Position numbers and translations under genes: made by a program. The notes under the pieces were generated by a model. That model was not told the DNA's origin, made no database searches, and worked only from the letters and a program-made list of their open reading frames with translations. A stretch of 64,000 nt of DNA from Gammaproteobacteria bacterium (GTDB lineage Bacteria > Pseudomonadota > Gammaproteobacteria > Acidiferrobacterales > SPGG2). Shown here in pieces: positions 1 to 8,583 of the stretch. The stretch covers positions 2,710-66,709 of the forward strand of contig JAOTYM010000006.1 in NCBI GenBank assembly GCA_029861845.1, read 5' to 3'. Each line of letters begins with the position of its first letter. Positions within the stretch are counted from its first letter, which is position 1.

Positions 1-941
1 GACTGCATAAAACCCGAAAGTCCCTGGGCAAAAAAGGCATGGCTCACTTCGGGCGCGCCGGGATTCTCCACTTTTGAACCAAACCCCAGCCCGCCGATTC
101 TCTTCAACGCGCCCGCAATCCCGTTTGGGTTGCGCGTAAACTGAACCGCCGAGGCGTCTGCCAGGTATTCTCGTTGTCGGCTCACCGAGGCCTTGATCAG
201 GCCGCCAAAAAACGTGCCGGCAAAACCAATGACCATCAGTCCAATAGCCAGCGCCAATATACTGCCCCCGCCTTTATCACTAGTGCGCCGGTGTCTCGAA
301 TACGAAGCGGAATACAAAATATAGTAGCCAATAATTCCGATAATCAGGATGCCATTCAGCACGCCCATTAAGCGAATGTTGAGGCGCATATCGCCATTGA
401 ATATATGGCTGAACTCATGGGCAATCACGCCTTGTAGTTGTTCGCGACTCAAATGATCGATAGTCCCCCGGGTAACCCCAATGACGGCATCGCGCGGCGA
501 GAATCCAGCCGCAAAGGCGTTAATGCCCTGTTCGTCCGCGAGCAGGTAAACAGGCGGCACGGGTGTGCCGGAAGCGATGGCCATTTCCTCCACTACGTTT
601 AACAGTTTGCGCTGATTCAGGTCTTCCGTATTTTGTGGGATCAATTGCCCACCCAGCGACTCCGCAACAACCTTGCCACCAGCGGATAAGGCCATGATCT
701 TGTAGAGACTGCCCACCAGTACCACGACACCGACACCCACACCGACAGCAATAAATGTCTGCCAATCCATTTGCTCGATTAATGTCTCGCCATTACGTAA
801 CTGCTCACTATTGATATAACCGAACACCACCATGACCAATAAATTAGTCATGATGATTAAGGCGACTACGGCAAAAATAAATAGGACGACAAGCCGAGCC
901 GTGTTTCTATGCACACGGTCTTGCGATTCAAAGAAATTCAT
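1..941 (-). CDS. M48-family zinc metalloprotease (HtpX-like); C-terminus lies beyond the left window edge
   Basis: Absent from the ORF track because it runs off the edge. My own minus-strand translation from the ATG at 941 reads MNFFESQDRVHRNTARLVVLFIFAVVALIIMTNLLVMVVFGY... It has N-terminal hydrophobic helices and the HExxH motif 'VIAHEFSHIF'. It lies directly downstream of a LemA gene, a common pairing for this family. Confidence 0.8.
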   Translation of the reverse strand, partial: MNFFESQDRVHRNTARLVVLFIFAVVALIIMTNLLVMVVFGYINSEQLRNGETLIEQMDWQTFIAVGVGVGVVVLVGSLYKIMALSAGGKVVAESLGGQLIPQNTEDLNQRKLLNVVEEMAIASGTPVPPVYLLADEQGINAFAAGFSPRDAVIGVTRGTIDHLSREQLQGVIAHEFSHIFNGDMRLNIRLMGVLNGILIIGIIGYYILYSASYSRHRRTSDKGGGSILALAIGLMVIGFAGTFFGGLIKASVSRQREYLADASAVQFTRNPNGIAGALKRIGGLGFGSKVENPGAPEVSHAFFAQGLSGFMQ

Positions 942-970
942 TGTTCAAACGTGAGGATACACAGCACTAA

Positions 971-1567
971 TTAGAACGAGACCTTTGGCACGGCCTGTAT
1001 GGCCGCACTGTCTTCAAATTCCAGCAAGGCCGCATCCTCCGCATGGCCAAATCGTGCTGCAAAGAATGCAGGCGGAAAAGTCTGTTTATAAATATTGTAG
1101 GCCATCACCTGGTCATTATAGGCCTGCCGGGCGAAGGAGACTTTATTTTCCGTGGTAGTCAGCTGTTCACTTAACTGCATCATGTTCTGACTGGCCTTGA
1201 GATCTGGATAGGCCTCCATCACCATATTGAAATTCATCAAGGCGCCAGACAGTTTACCCTCGGCACCAATCAGATCTTTCATCGCCTCGGCATTGCCCGG
1301 ATCAGCAGCCGCTTTGGATAGCATATCTGCTGCCGCATTACGCGCTGCGACCACCGATTCCAGGGTTTCCCGTTCGTGCTTGATATAACCCTTTGCGGTC
1401 TCAACAAGATTAGGAATCAGATCGTAACGTCGTTTTAATTGTACTTCTATCTGCGCAAAGGCGTTTTTGTAACGATTCTTTAGTGTGACTAATTTATTAA
1501 AAATTCCGAACACATAAAAAACGATCAGCGCAATAGCAACCAATATGACTATTAATGTGATATCCAT
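971..1567 (-). CDS. LemA family protein
   Basis: Track ORF 971..1624. I prefer the internal Met at 1567 (MDITLIVILVAIALIVFYVF...), which gives an N-terminal TM anchor. The 'KRRYDLIPNLVETAKGY' region matches the LemA signature as I recall it. Confidence 0.85.
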   Translation of the reverse strand: MDITLIVILVAIALIVFYVFGIFNKLVTLKNRYKNAFAQIEVQLKRRYDLIPNLVETAKGYIKHERETLESVVAARNAAADMLSKAAADPGNAEAMKDLIGAEGKLSGALMNFNMVMEAYPDLKASQNMMQLSEQLTTTENKVSFARQAYNDQVMAYNIYKQTFPPAFFAARFGHAEDAALLEFEDSAAIQAVPKVSF

Positions 1568-1608
1568 GTTTCTCACCCTTATTGTATTTACTGGGAAGGC
1601 AGCGGGGA

Positions 1609-1776
1609 TCAGCCCTGGATCCACGCACCGAGTCCCATGCCGCCGTGACCGCCCATCATGCGCATCTGGCCGCCGGACGTCTTGCCCTGTGCCTTGTGGG
1701 CATGAAGCGGTGCGACCAGCGTCATGCCGGTTAGTGTTATGGCGGCCCGGCGCGTGCGAGATATTGAGTCTTTCAT
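1609..1776 (-). CDS. Small secreted Met/Gly-rich peptide with a twin-arginine-like signal (55 aa)
   Basis: Internal Met of ORF 1609..1887: MKDSISRTRRAAITLTGMTLVAPLHAHKAQGKTSGGQMRMMGGHGGMGLGAWIQG. A strong SD (AAGGAGGAAACG) precedes the ATG. The signal-peptide DNA is about 83% identical (67/81 by manual alignment) to that of the gene at 8584..8973. Confidence 0.55.
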   Translation of the reverse strand: MKDSISRTRRAAITLTGMTLVAPLHAHKAQGKTSGGQMRMMGGHGGMGLGAWIQG

Positions 1777-1914
1777 CGTTTCCTCCTTTGAAGGGGAATG
1801 CCAGTACGCGTCCATCTTACGCAACTCCTCGGACGAGAGCGTGCTTTCTTGGACTTTCGGTTCAAATGTGCTTCCCATCATCCTCACGCGGAATCGTGTA
1901 TTGACGGCACGCTG

Positions 1915-3060
1915 TCAACGCGGTGTTCTGAGTCTCGGTCGTCTACCTACCTTGACCTCCACCGTCAAACGCTGAGTCTCGCGCATGAGCGTGATTGATG
2001 TAGTTTGACCGGGTGGCACCTTGGATATGCTATTGAGCAACCCGGAAGTGTCCGTCAACTCCTGGCCGTTTACAGTTAAGAGTACGTCTCCCGGATGGAT
2101 GCCGGCTTTGTCAGCCGGGCCGCCGCGCAGCACGCCGGCAATCAGTACGCCCTTGTCGACGTCAAGCCTCAGGGCAGCCGCTAATTCTGGGTTGAGGTCC
2201 TGCACATCGACCCCAATCCAACCGCGTACGACCGCGCCCTGCTCGATGATCTGCTGCATGACTTGTTTGGCGAGGTTGGCCGGTATGGCGAAGCCGATCC
2301 CCTGCGAGCCGCCGGTCTTGGAGAAGATTGCGGTGTTGATGCCGACGAGGTTACCGGCGGCGTCGATTAGTGCCCCGCCCGAGTTGCCAGGGTTAATCGC
2401 CGCGTCAGTTTGAATAAAGTTCTCGAACGTATTGATCCCCAGACCGCTGCGACCGGTTGCACTGACGATGCCCATCGTGACGGTTTGTCCCACCCCGAAG
2501 GGATTGCCGATGGCGAGCACAACGTCACCGATCTCTATTCGATCGGAGTCGGCGAACGTGATCGCGGAAATATCCTGGGCGTCCGCTTTCAACACCGCGA
2601 GATCTGTTTCCGGATCCGTCCCAACCACCTGCGCCGGTGCCGTGCGTCCGCCTGAGAGGACAACGGCGATCTGGTCAGCCGACTCGACCACGTGGTTATT
2701 GGTCAGGATATAGCCTTCGTTGCTGATGATCACGCCAGAGCCCAAGCTCGTGGCGCGCTCGGGCTCGGCCTCGAATTCATCGCCGAAGAATCGGCGAAAC
2801 AATGGGTCATCCATAAACGACGGTCGCTGCGCACGGACGTCCCGGCTCGTATAGATATTCACCACCGCGGGCATGGCCTTTTCGACCGCGCTCCTGAAGG
2901 TCGAGGCCAAAGTCGTCCCGATTGCCGGCGCCGATGCTTCCTTGACCGTGATCACTCGACCTCTCGCCGGTATCCAGTCCGGCCTGAAAAGCGTGATCAG
3001 CAAAAAAATAGCCAAAGCGACGGTGACCGTCTGAGCCAAAGTCAGCCATAACCTACGCAC
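1915..3060 (-). CDS. S1C serine endoprotease, DegS/AlgW-like (TM anchor, protease domain, one PDZ)
   Basis: 381 aa with a GTG start. Catalytic triad contexts are 'TNNHVV', 'DLAVLK' and 'GNSGGAL'. The C-terminal PDZ-like segment reads 'GVLIAGVLRGGPADKAGIHPGDVLLTVNGQEL'. Confidence 0.9.
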   Translation of the reverse strand: MRRLWLTLAQTVTVALAIFLLITLFRPDWIPARGRVITVKEASAPAIGTTLASTFRSAVEKAMPAVVNIYTSRDVRAQRPSFMDDPLFRRFFGDEFEAEPERATSLGSGVIISNEGYILTNNHVVESADQIAVVLSGGRTAPAQVVGTDPETDLAVLKADAQDISAITFADSDRIEIGDVVLAIGNPFGVGQTVTMGIVSATGRSGLGINTFENFIQTDAAINPGNSGGALIDAAGNLVGINTAIFSKTGGSQGIGFAIPANLAKQVMQQIIEQGAVVRGWIGVDVQDLNPELAAALRLDVDKGVLIAGVLRGGPADKAGIHPGDVLLTVNGQELTDTSGLLNSISKVPPGQTTSITLMRETQRLTVEVKVGRRPRLRTPR

Positions 3061-3099
3061 AAGTGTTACCCCTTTTCATTTCCCAAAAGCGAAAATACC

Positions 3100-3756
3100 T
3101 TAACCAGGTTGATGTTGATTGACCACCCCCAAGCGCGGAAAGAACGCCGGTGTGTTGGCGGCGTAGCGGGCATATTCTTCGCCGAACTCGGCCATGACCT
3201 CTTGCTCTTCACGCCTTGCCAGGCGCACGTACATGTAAACCAGTACGGGAAACATCACCAGCGTCACGAGTGTCGGCCACTGCAACAGGAAGCCAAGCAT
3301 GATGAGGACAAATCCACCGTACTGGGGATGACGTAGCCGTGCGTAAGGGCCCGTCATCGCCAGGGTATGTGTACGCTGCGCTACGTAGAGCACCTTCCAG
3401 GAAGCAGCGAGCAGGATAAACCCGCCGAATATGGAAATGTTGCTCAGCAAGTGAAACGGACCGAAGTGCGGATTGGCACGCCAACCGAACACGATCTCCA
3501 ATAGATGGCCGGCATCATGCGACAAGAAGTCTACACCGGGGACACGGCTGGTAAGCCAACCCGAAAGTGTGTAGATGGTGAGCGGGAAGCCGTACATTTC
3601 GGTAAACAGCGCCAAGACAAACGCCGAAAAGGCGCCAAACGAGCGCCAGTCGCGGCGTGTGTGCGGCTTCGTGAAGCTGAACGCGAAGATGATGAAGATC
3701 AGCGAGTTAATTATGACCAACGGCCATAAGCCGTAGGCGGGTGCGGATTCACTCAC
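3100..3756 (-). CDS. Isoprenylcysteine carboxyl methyltransferase (ICMT/PEMT)-family membrane methyltransferase
   Basis: 218 aa, polytopic. The C-terminal 'RLRHPQYGGFVL...EEQEVMAEFGEEYARY' matches the RHPxY..G / E..L...FG..Y signature of this family. The GTG start overlaps the upstream stop (GTGA at 3753-3756). Confidence 0.75.
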   Translation of the reverse strand: MSESAPAYGLWPLVIINSLIFIIFAFSFTKPHTRRDWRSFGAFSAFVLALFTEMYGFPLTIYTLSGWLTSRVPGVDFLSHDAGHLLEIVFGWRANPHFGPFHLLSNISIFGGFILLAASWKVLYVAQRTHTLAMTGPYARLRHPQYGGFVLIMLGFLLQWPTLVTLVMFPVLVYMYVRLARREEQEVMAEFGEEYARYAANTPAFFPRLGVVNQHQPG

Positions 3757-3983
3757 GACTTGTCTCCATCTGAACCCTCACCGTCGCCGCCGTGACCGTG
3801 GCCACGATGCATGAATAAGTGCATGAATACACACCCGAGCAGTAATAAGTAGGGCAACGCGCCCAAGAGATGAGCCCGGTGCTCGGTCCAGAGGAAGAAG
3901 GCGGCGATAGCGACGAAGATCAGCAGGATGATGTTCGTCTTCGACAGCCGTCTGGTATTCGTATGCGATCGATGTTCTGTCAT
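3753..3983 (-). CDS. DUF2933-like small membrane protein with a His/Gly-rich tail
   Basis: Internal Met at 3983 (MTEHRSHTNTRRLSKTNIILLIFVAIAAFFLWTEHRAHLLG...HRGHGHGGDGEGSDGDKS), preceded by GGTGAGG. It has two TM helices. The family name is from memory. Confidence 0.65.
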   Translation of the reverse strand: MTEHRSHTNTRRLSKTNIILLIFVAIAAFFLWTEHRAHLLGALPYLLLLGCVFMHLFMHRGHGHGGDGEGSDGDKS

Positions 3984-4085
3984 GCTCGAAACCTCACCGT
4001 TATCTGACGGATCGCGCGTTGTGGTGGTTCGCACCCGCATCATGTCCCAACCACGTTGTTCTCGCGCGCTCTTATGGCTCTCACT

Positions 4086-4388
4086 TTATCTTTCCTTTGC
4101 TGGGCTCGCCCTAGTCGTCCACTGCCGCTGGGTACCCCTGCCAGCAAACACATTGTAGATCGGTACCCATATAAGCGCGACGTACCAGCCGTAGGCGTAG
4201 CTCTCCACAAGGCCGAGGAAAAAGCTCTGCCAAGTAAGCCACTCGAATCCCGGCAGTAGCTTGCGCCACGTCTCAAACATTGCGTACTCCGGAAACAGTA
4301 GATCAAAGCCGACACATAGGGTAAAGGTGATAGCCAAGAACAGGCTCGTCGCATGGCCAACCGCCACGAGCGAAAGGCCCTGTTTCAT
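4086..4388 (-). CDS. Small 3-TM membrane protein (resembles DUF5676 from memory)
   Basis: Met at 4388 (MKQGLSLVAVGHATSLFLAITFTLCVGFDLLF...YGWYVALIWVPIYNVF). Its ATG overlaps the YHS gene stop (ATGA at 4385-4388). The long Arg-rich upstream extension in the track ORF is out-of-frame overlap with the YHS gene. Confidence 0.55.
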   Translation of the reverse strand: MKQGLSLVAVGHATSLFLAITFTLCVGFDLLFPEYAMFETWRKLLPGFEWLTWQSFFLGLVESYAYGWYVALIWVPIYNVFAGRGTQRQWTTRASPAKER

Positions 4389-4660
4389 GATGCGCCTCCT
4401 TGCTTGCGCAGGAACTTTTCTGGTTCGGCCTCGAACTTGTCGAGACAGTTGCGCGAACAGAAACGGTAGAGCTCGCCGCCATGCATCTTGCCGTAACCCT
4501 GCTCGGGGTCGACATTCATGCCGCATACGGGATCGACGTGCTTCGCGCTGGCATCGCCGTGGCCGCCATGTCCGCCGTGGACCATGTGTGCGCCGCAGCC
4601 AAAACGCATCATCAGGTAAAAGGCCCCGGCAAAAAGCAGTAGCGATACTAAACCTTCCAT
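4385..4660 (-). CDS. YHS/TRASH-domain metal-binding protein with TM anchor and His-rich segment
   Basis: MEGLVSLLLFAGAFYLMMRFGCGAHMVHGGHGGHGDASAKHVDPVCGMNVDP...YRFCSRNCLDKF. The 'DPVCGM..V' ... 'FCS..C..KF' pattern is the YHS/TRASH pattern. It is the first gene after MerR-type promoter B. Confidence 0.7.
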   Translation of the reverse strand: MEGLVSLLLFAGAFYLMMRFGCGAHMVHGGHGGHGDASAKHVDPVCGMNVDPEQGYGKMHGGELYRFCSRNCLDKFEAEPEKFLRKQGGAS

Positions 4661-4783
4661 AACAGCTCTCCGACGCCCTCTCGGACGCAGTAACAATTAT
4701 CGTCACGCGCTCGCTTCAACTCAAAAGCGGGGGCTACTCTTCCAGATCTGCCCCGTCTGTTGCACAGCACGGGCGCATGTTCC

Positions 4784-4815
4784 ATGTTACAACCTGTGCG
4801 TCACTAACAAGTCAA
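4784..4815 (-). promoter_or_regulatory. MerR-type promoter/operator B (upstream of the YHS operon)
   Basis: Minus strand reads TTGACT-TGTTAGTGACGCACAGGTTG-TAACAT. It has a -35, a 20-nt spacer containing the dyad ACTTGT-N9-ACAGGT (4792..4812), and a -10. The geometry is the same as sites A, C and D. Confidence 0.7.
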
Positions 4816-4882
4816 CACTCGATCGACGTGACCGTTGATATGGATCAAGAAGAGACGACTCAGTGGGACAACAGAGGAGTAC

Positions 4883-7345
4883 TTACAGCGGCACCCCGCG
4901 CAGCCGCAAGGCATTGGTAATCACCGATACTGAACTAAGACTCATCGCCGCCGCTGCGATCATGGGGGAAAGCAATAACCCGAAAAACGGGTAGAGCACG
5001 CCGGCGGCGACCGGGACGCCGAGCGAGTTGTAAATGAATGCGAAGAACAAGTTCTGCCGAATATTGCGCATGGTCGCACGACTCAAGCGCCGTGCGCGCA
5101 CGATGCCACGTAGATCGCCCTTGACGAGCGTGACGCCGGCGCTTTCCATCGCGACGTCGGTACCGGTGCCCATCGCGATGCCCACATGCGACTGGGCCAG
5201 TGCCGGCGCATCATTGATGCCATCACCGGCCATGGCGACCGTGCGTCCCTCAGATTGAAGTTTCTTCACGATCGCGGCTTTCTGGTCCGGCAGCACTTCG
5301 GCCTCGACGCGATCGATACCAAGCCTGGACGCGACCGCCTCGGCGGTCGTGCGGCTGTCACCAGTCAGCATCACGACCTGGACACCTTCTTTATGCAGGT
5401 CCCGGATGGCCTCCGGTGTGGAATCCTTGATCGGATCGGCCACACCAATCAGCCCGGCGGCCTGGCCGTCGATGGCTACAAACATGACTGTCTGCCCTTC
5501 CCCACGGCCGGCCTCCGCGATTTTTGGCAAATCGGCCGGATCGATGCGCAGGCTTTCCAGCAATTTGACATTACCCAGCGCCACGCGTCGCCCCTCGACC
5601 TTGCCGGTCACACCCTTGCCGGTAACGGACTCAAAATTGTCGGTCGGTGACAGGGTAACCTCCCTGTCCTGTGCGCCGCGCACGATCGCTTCGGCCAGCG
5701 GGTGTTCGCTGCCGCGTTCCAGGCTGGCGCCCAGGCCCAGAATGTCATGTTCTTGAAAGCCGTTCACGGTCACGATCGACACCAGCGAGGGTTTCCCCTC
5801 GGTCAGGGTGCCGGTCTTGTCCACGACCAGCGTATCTACCTTGCGCAGGATTTCCAGTGCCTCGGCATTCTTGATCAATACCCCCATCATGGCGCCCTTG
5901 CCGGTGCCGACCATGATCGACATGGGGGTGGCTAGCCCCAGCGCGCAGGGACAGGCAATAATCAGTACCGCCACGGCGTTGATCACCGCATAGGCCAAGG
6001 CTGGTGCCGGTCCCCAGTTCCACCAGACGAAGAAGGTGATGATGGCAATCACGACCACAGCCGGTACAAAGTAACTGGCTACCACGTCCACCAGCTTCTG
6101 GATCGGTGCACGCGAGCGCTGTGCCTCGGCCACCATCTGCACGATCTGTGACAGCAGCGTATCTGCACCGACCCGTTCAGCGCGCATCAGCAGGCTGCCG
6201 GTACCATTGACGGTCGCGCCGATCAGCCGTTCACCCGCAGTTTTTTCGACGGGAATGGGCTCACCAGTCACCATGGATTCGTCGACCGAACTACTGCCGT
6301 CGAGTACTGCGCCATCCACAGGGACCTTTTCCCCCGGCCGCACCCGCAGGGTATCCCCCGGTTTGACCTGTTCCAGGGGGATATCTTCTTCGGTGCCATT
6401 ATCCCGGACGATACGCGCGGTGTTGGGTGCCAACCCCAACAACATTTTGATGGCGGCATTGGTGCGGCTGCGCGCGCGCAGCTCCAAAACCTGACCAAGC
6501 AGCACCAGTGCGGTGATGACGGCAGCCGCCTCAAAGTACACAGGTATAACTCCCATCTCGTTCTGCACCGACGCTGGAAAAATACCAGGGAACGTGGTTC
6601 CGATCACACTATAGGTCCAGGCAATACCAACCCCTATTCCAATCAGGGTGAACATATTAAGGTGGCGCGAGACCACCGATTGCCAACCGCGCACGAAAAA
6701 CGGCCACCCCCCCCATAAGACGACCGGCGTCGCCAACAGCAATTCGAACCACTGGCGCGAGCGTGGATGAATGATCTCTGCGACGGTCTCGGGCCAGAAC
6801 TCGGCCACCATAGCGCTGAAGAACACCGGGATGGCGAGGATGGCACTGACCCAGAAGCGCTGCGACATATCATCGAGTTCACTGGTGTCCTCTTCGACCT
6901 CTACCGTGCGCGGCTCCAGGGCCATGCCGCATTTCGGACACGCCCCCGGTTTGTCGCTCACCACCTCGGGGTGCATAGGGCATGTGTATTCCGTCTTGGT
7001 CGCGGTCACCGGAACGCCCATCGGCTCCAACGCCATGCCGCACTTGGGACAGCTGCCCGGCCCCTGTTGCTCCACCTCGGGATCCATGGGGCAGGTATAC
7101 ATCCCTCCCTGTGCTGATGAGCCGCTGTCGGCCGGTGCCTCGAGATCCGGGGTCCCTAGATAGTTATCCGGCGCCGCGCGAAATTTGTGCAGGCAGTGTT
7201 GGCTACAGAATCGGTACGTTGTAGCGGCATGAGAGTGTTGGTGCGGAGAATCCTTGGATACATCCATACCGCACACGAGATCCTTTTCGATCGCCTCGTC
7301 GACATGCTGGCCCGATACTTTCTTCAACTTATGCTTGGGTTTCAT
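4883..7345 (-). CDS. copA: Cu(I)/Ag(I)-translocating P1B-1-type ATPase
   Basis: Motifs present: 'DKTGTLT', '[10 protein letters not shown]' (CPC), 'FIYNSLGVP' (YN), '[12 protein letters not shown]' (MxxSS), 'GDGINDAP'. The N-terminus has a YHS motif plus two 'YTCPMxPEV..[13 protein letters not shown]' repeats. The track ORF starts at TTG 7405, but that lies 2 nt from the predicted -10 (7407..7412), so I prefer ATG 7345 (MKPKHKLKK...). Confidence 0.93.
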   Translation of the reverse strand: MKPKHKLKKVSGQHVDEAIEKDLVCGMDVSKDSPHQHSHAATTYRFCSQHCLHKFRAAPDNYLGTPDLEAPADSGSSAQGGMYTCPMDPEVEQQGPGSCPKCGMALEPMGVPVTATKTEYTCPMHPEVVSDKPGACPKCGMALEPRTVEVEEDTSELDDMSQRFWVSAILAIPVFFSAMVAEFWPETVAEIIHPRSRQWFELLLATPVVLWGGWPFFVRGWQSVVSRHLNMFTLIGIGVGIAWTYSVIGTTFPGIFPASVQNEMGVIPVYFEAAAVITALVLLGQVLELRARSRTNAAIKMLLGLAPNTARIVRDNGTEEDIPLEQVKPGDTLRVRPGEKVPVDGAVLDGSSSVDESMVTGEPIPVEKTAGERLIGATVNGTGSLLMRAERVGADTLLSQIVQMVAEAQRSRAPIQKLVDVVASYFVPAVVVIAIITFFVWWNWGPAPALAYAVINAVAVLIIACPCALGLATPMSIMVGTGKGAMMGVLIKNAEALEILRKVDTLVVDKTGTLTEGKPSLVSIVTVNGFQEHDILGLGASLERGSEHPLAEAIVRGAQDREVTLSPTDNFESVTGKGVTGKVEGRRVALGNVKLLESLRIDPADLPKIAEAGRGEGQTVMFVAIDGQAAGLIGVADPIKDSTPEAIRDLHKEGVQVVMLTGDSRTTAEAVASRLGIDRVEAEVLPDQKAAIVKKLQSEGRTVAMAGDGINDAPALAQSHVGIAMGTGTDVAMESAGVTLVKGDLRGIVRARRLSRATMRNIRQNLFFAFIYNSLGVPVAAGVLYPFFGLLLSPMIAAAAMSLSSVSVITNALRLRGVPL

Positions 7346-7406
7346 CGCATTGTGCTCTTTGGTCGCCTGATGCGGCGTTTGATCATTCGGGTGACTCTGC
7401 GTCAAC

Positions 7407-7438
7407 AGTATAAAACCTGTACCCTGCTAACAGGTCAA
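7407..7438 (-). promoter_or_regulatory. MerR-type promoter/operator A (upstream of copA)
   Basis: Minus strand reads TTGACC-TGTTAGCAGGGTACAGGTTT-TATACT. The dyad ACCTGT-N9-ACAGGT at 7415..7435 is perfect. The 20-nt spacer (19 if the -10 is read as TTATAC) is typical of MerR/CueR/ZntR-activated promoters. Confidence 0.8.
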
Positions 7439-7666
7439 ACTATTGCCCTTACCAGCCGCAGCAATACTAGTTATTCACATCTATTCTACGACGCTTTCTG
7501 TGTGCTTTGCATCGCGTCGGCCTCCGTCGAGAGCCCCAGTGAGTGGCCAAAATAGGTCGGCGGATGCCATCGGGCTGCAGCTTCAAAAGATCGCCTAACG
7601 CGCACAACGGAGAACGGGGCCAAACGCGTCTTTCAACTCTCCTCTAGCCGCCTCCGACTGGGTGAC

Positions 7667-8020
7667 TTAGTGCGGCCGGTCTATGCTGCGTAGTAGCTGC
7701 ACCCTCAGTGTTAGCCCATCGACGCTCAGGATTTTTACCCGGCCGCCTTTGCGCAACCTATCAGTGGACTCAGCGTTCCAGATTTCGCCGTGGACCCGCA
7801 CACGAGCGATACGTCCTCGCGCCTCTCTGACCTCGCCCAAACTTCGCAGCATCTCTTCGGAACCCGTCTGCACGGGACGGCGCATGGCCCGCACCGTGTA
7901 GAAATAAACCACAACAGAAAGCACGATGATGACCGTGTACACCGGCACCGCTATTGACATCGGCCACAACCAGAACACTGGGAGCCCCAATACCGGCATC
8001 ATCAGAATGAGATGGCACAT
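7667..8020 (-). CDS. NfeD-family membrane protein (C-terminal OB-fold type)
   Basis: 117 aa with two N-terminal TM helices. The tail 'GRIARVRVHGEIWNAES...GGRVKILSVDGLTLRVQ' resembles the NfeD C-terminal domain. Confidence 0.7.
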   Translation of the reverse strand: MCHLILMMPVLGLPVFWLWPMSIAVPVYTVIIVLSVVVYFYTVRAMRRPVQTGSEEMLRSLGEVREARGRIARVRVHGEIWNAESTDRLRKGGRVKILSVDGLTLRVQLLRSIDRPH

Positions 8021-8064
8021 GATTACACCGACGTATCACCGGGCGAAAATATCCGGTGAGAAAC

Positions 8065-8304
8065 TCAGTCAGACAGTAGTTTTTTCCGCTCCTCGAATTC
8101 TTCTTTATCGATCTCGCCGCGGGCGAAGCGCTTGCTAAGAATATCCAGTGGCGTTTTGCCAGCCGACGGCACGCCGGCTCCACCGGCTGACCCACTCCCA
8201 ATCCAACGAACAAGGAGCACAATCACCAAGATAATGCCACCCCAGAACAGGACCATCATCAATGAACCAAAGAGCATGTGGCCCCAACCCCAATCGTATG
8301 CCAA
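8065..8304 (-). CDS. SHOCT-domain membrane protein
   Basis: 79 aa with a TM helix (LFGSLMMVLFWGGIILVIVLLV). The C-terminal 'LDILSKRFARGEIDKEEFEERKKLL' is the SHOCT motif. The start is TTG at 8304, with an alternative ATG 27 nt downstream. Confidence 0.7.
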   Translation of the reverse strand: MAYDWGWGHMLFGSLMMVLFWGGIILVIVLLVRWIGSGSAGGAGVPSAGKTPLDILSKRFARGEIDKEEFEERKKLLSD

Positions 8305-8583
8305 CCAGGACGCTCCGCGTAACCTTGTGCTTGCACTTGGAACGACGCGAGAGCGAAGATCACCATTATCAGTGCGGACCTAATCCAGCTTGTCATTTCG
8401 ATCTCCTTCAAGATTTCATCTATCGGACAATCGCAGCACCCCTTAGTCCCTATGCTGACCCGGCACGACTTAGCAAACGCTACCAGCGGCAAAGGGTCAA
8501 GGGGTTCAACAAGACTAGTTGTCCTTCGCCGGAAGGCCAGCCACGGTCTAATTATGCCCACTCGAAGGATGCCAGGCGATGCC

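Noticed and set aside
174-765. ORFs 174..371 (+) and 520..765 (-).
   Set aside because: Both lie inside, antisense to or out of frame with, the edge-truncated M48 protease gene. That gene has a clear HExxH motif and TM helices.
4389-4706. Arg-rich 106-residue N-terminal extension of ORF 4086..4706.
   Set aside because: It overlaps the YHS-domain gene in another frame and is compositionally implausible (RRTHGPRRTWRPRRCQREARRSR). The internal ATG at 4388 gives a compact membrane protein coupled to the YHS stop codon.
7346-7405. TTG start at 7405 for the Cu-ATPase, as given by the ORF track.
   Set aside because: It lies 2 nt from the predicted -10 hexamer (7407..7412), so it would be upstream of the transcription start. 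ATG 7345 (MKPKHKLKK...) is more consistent.
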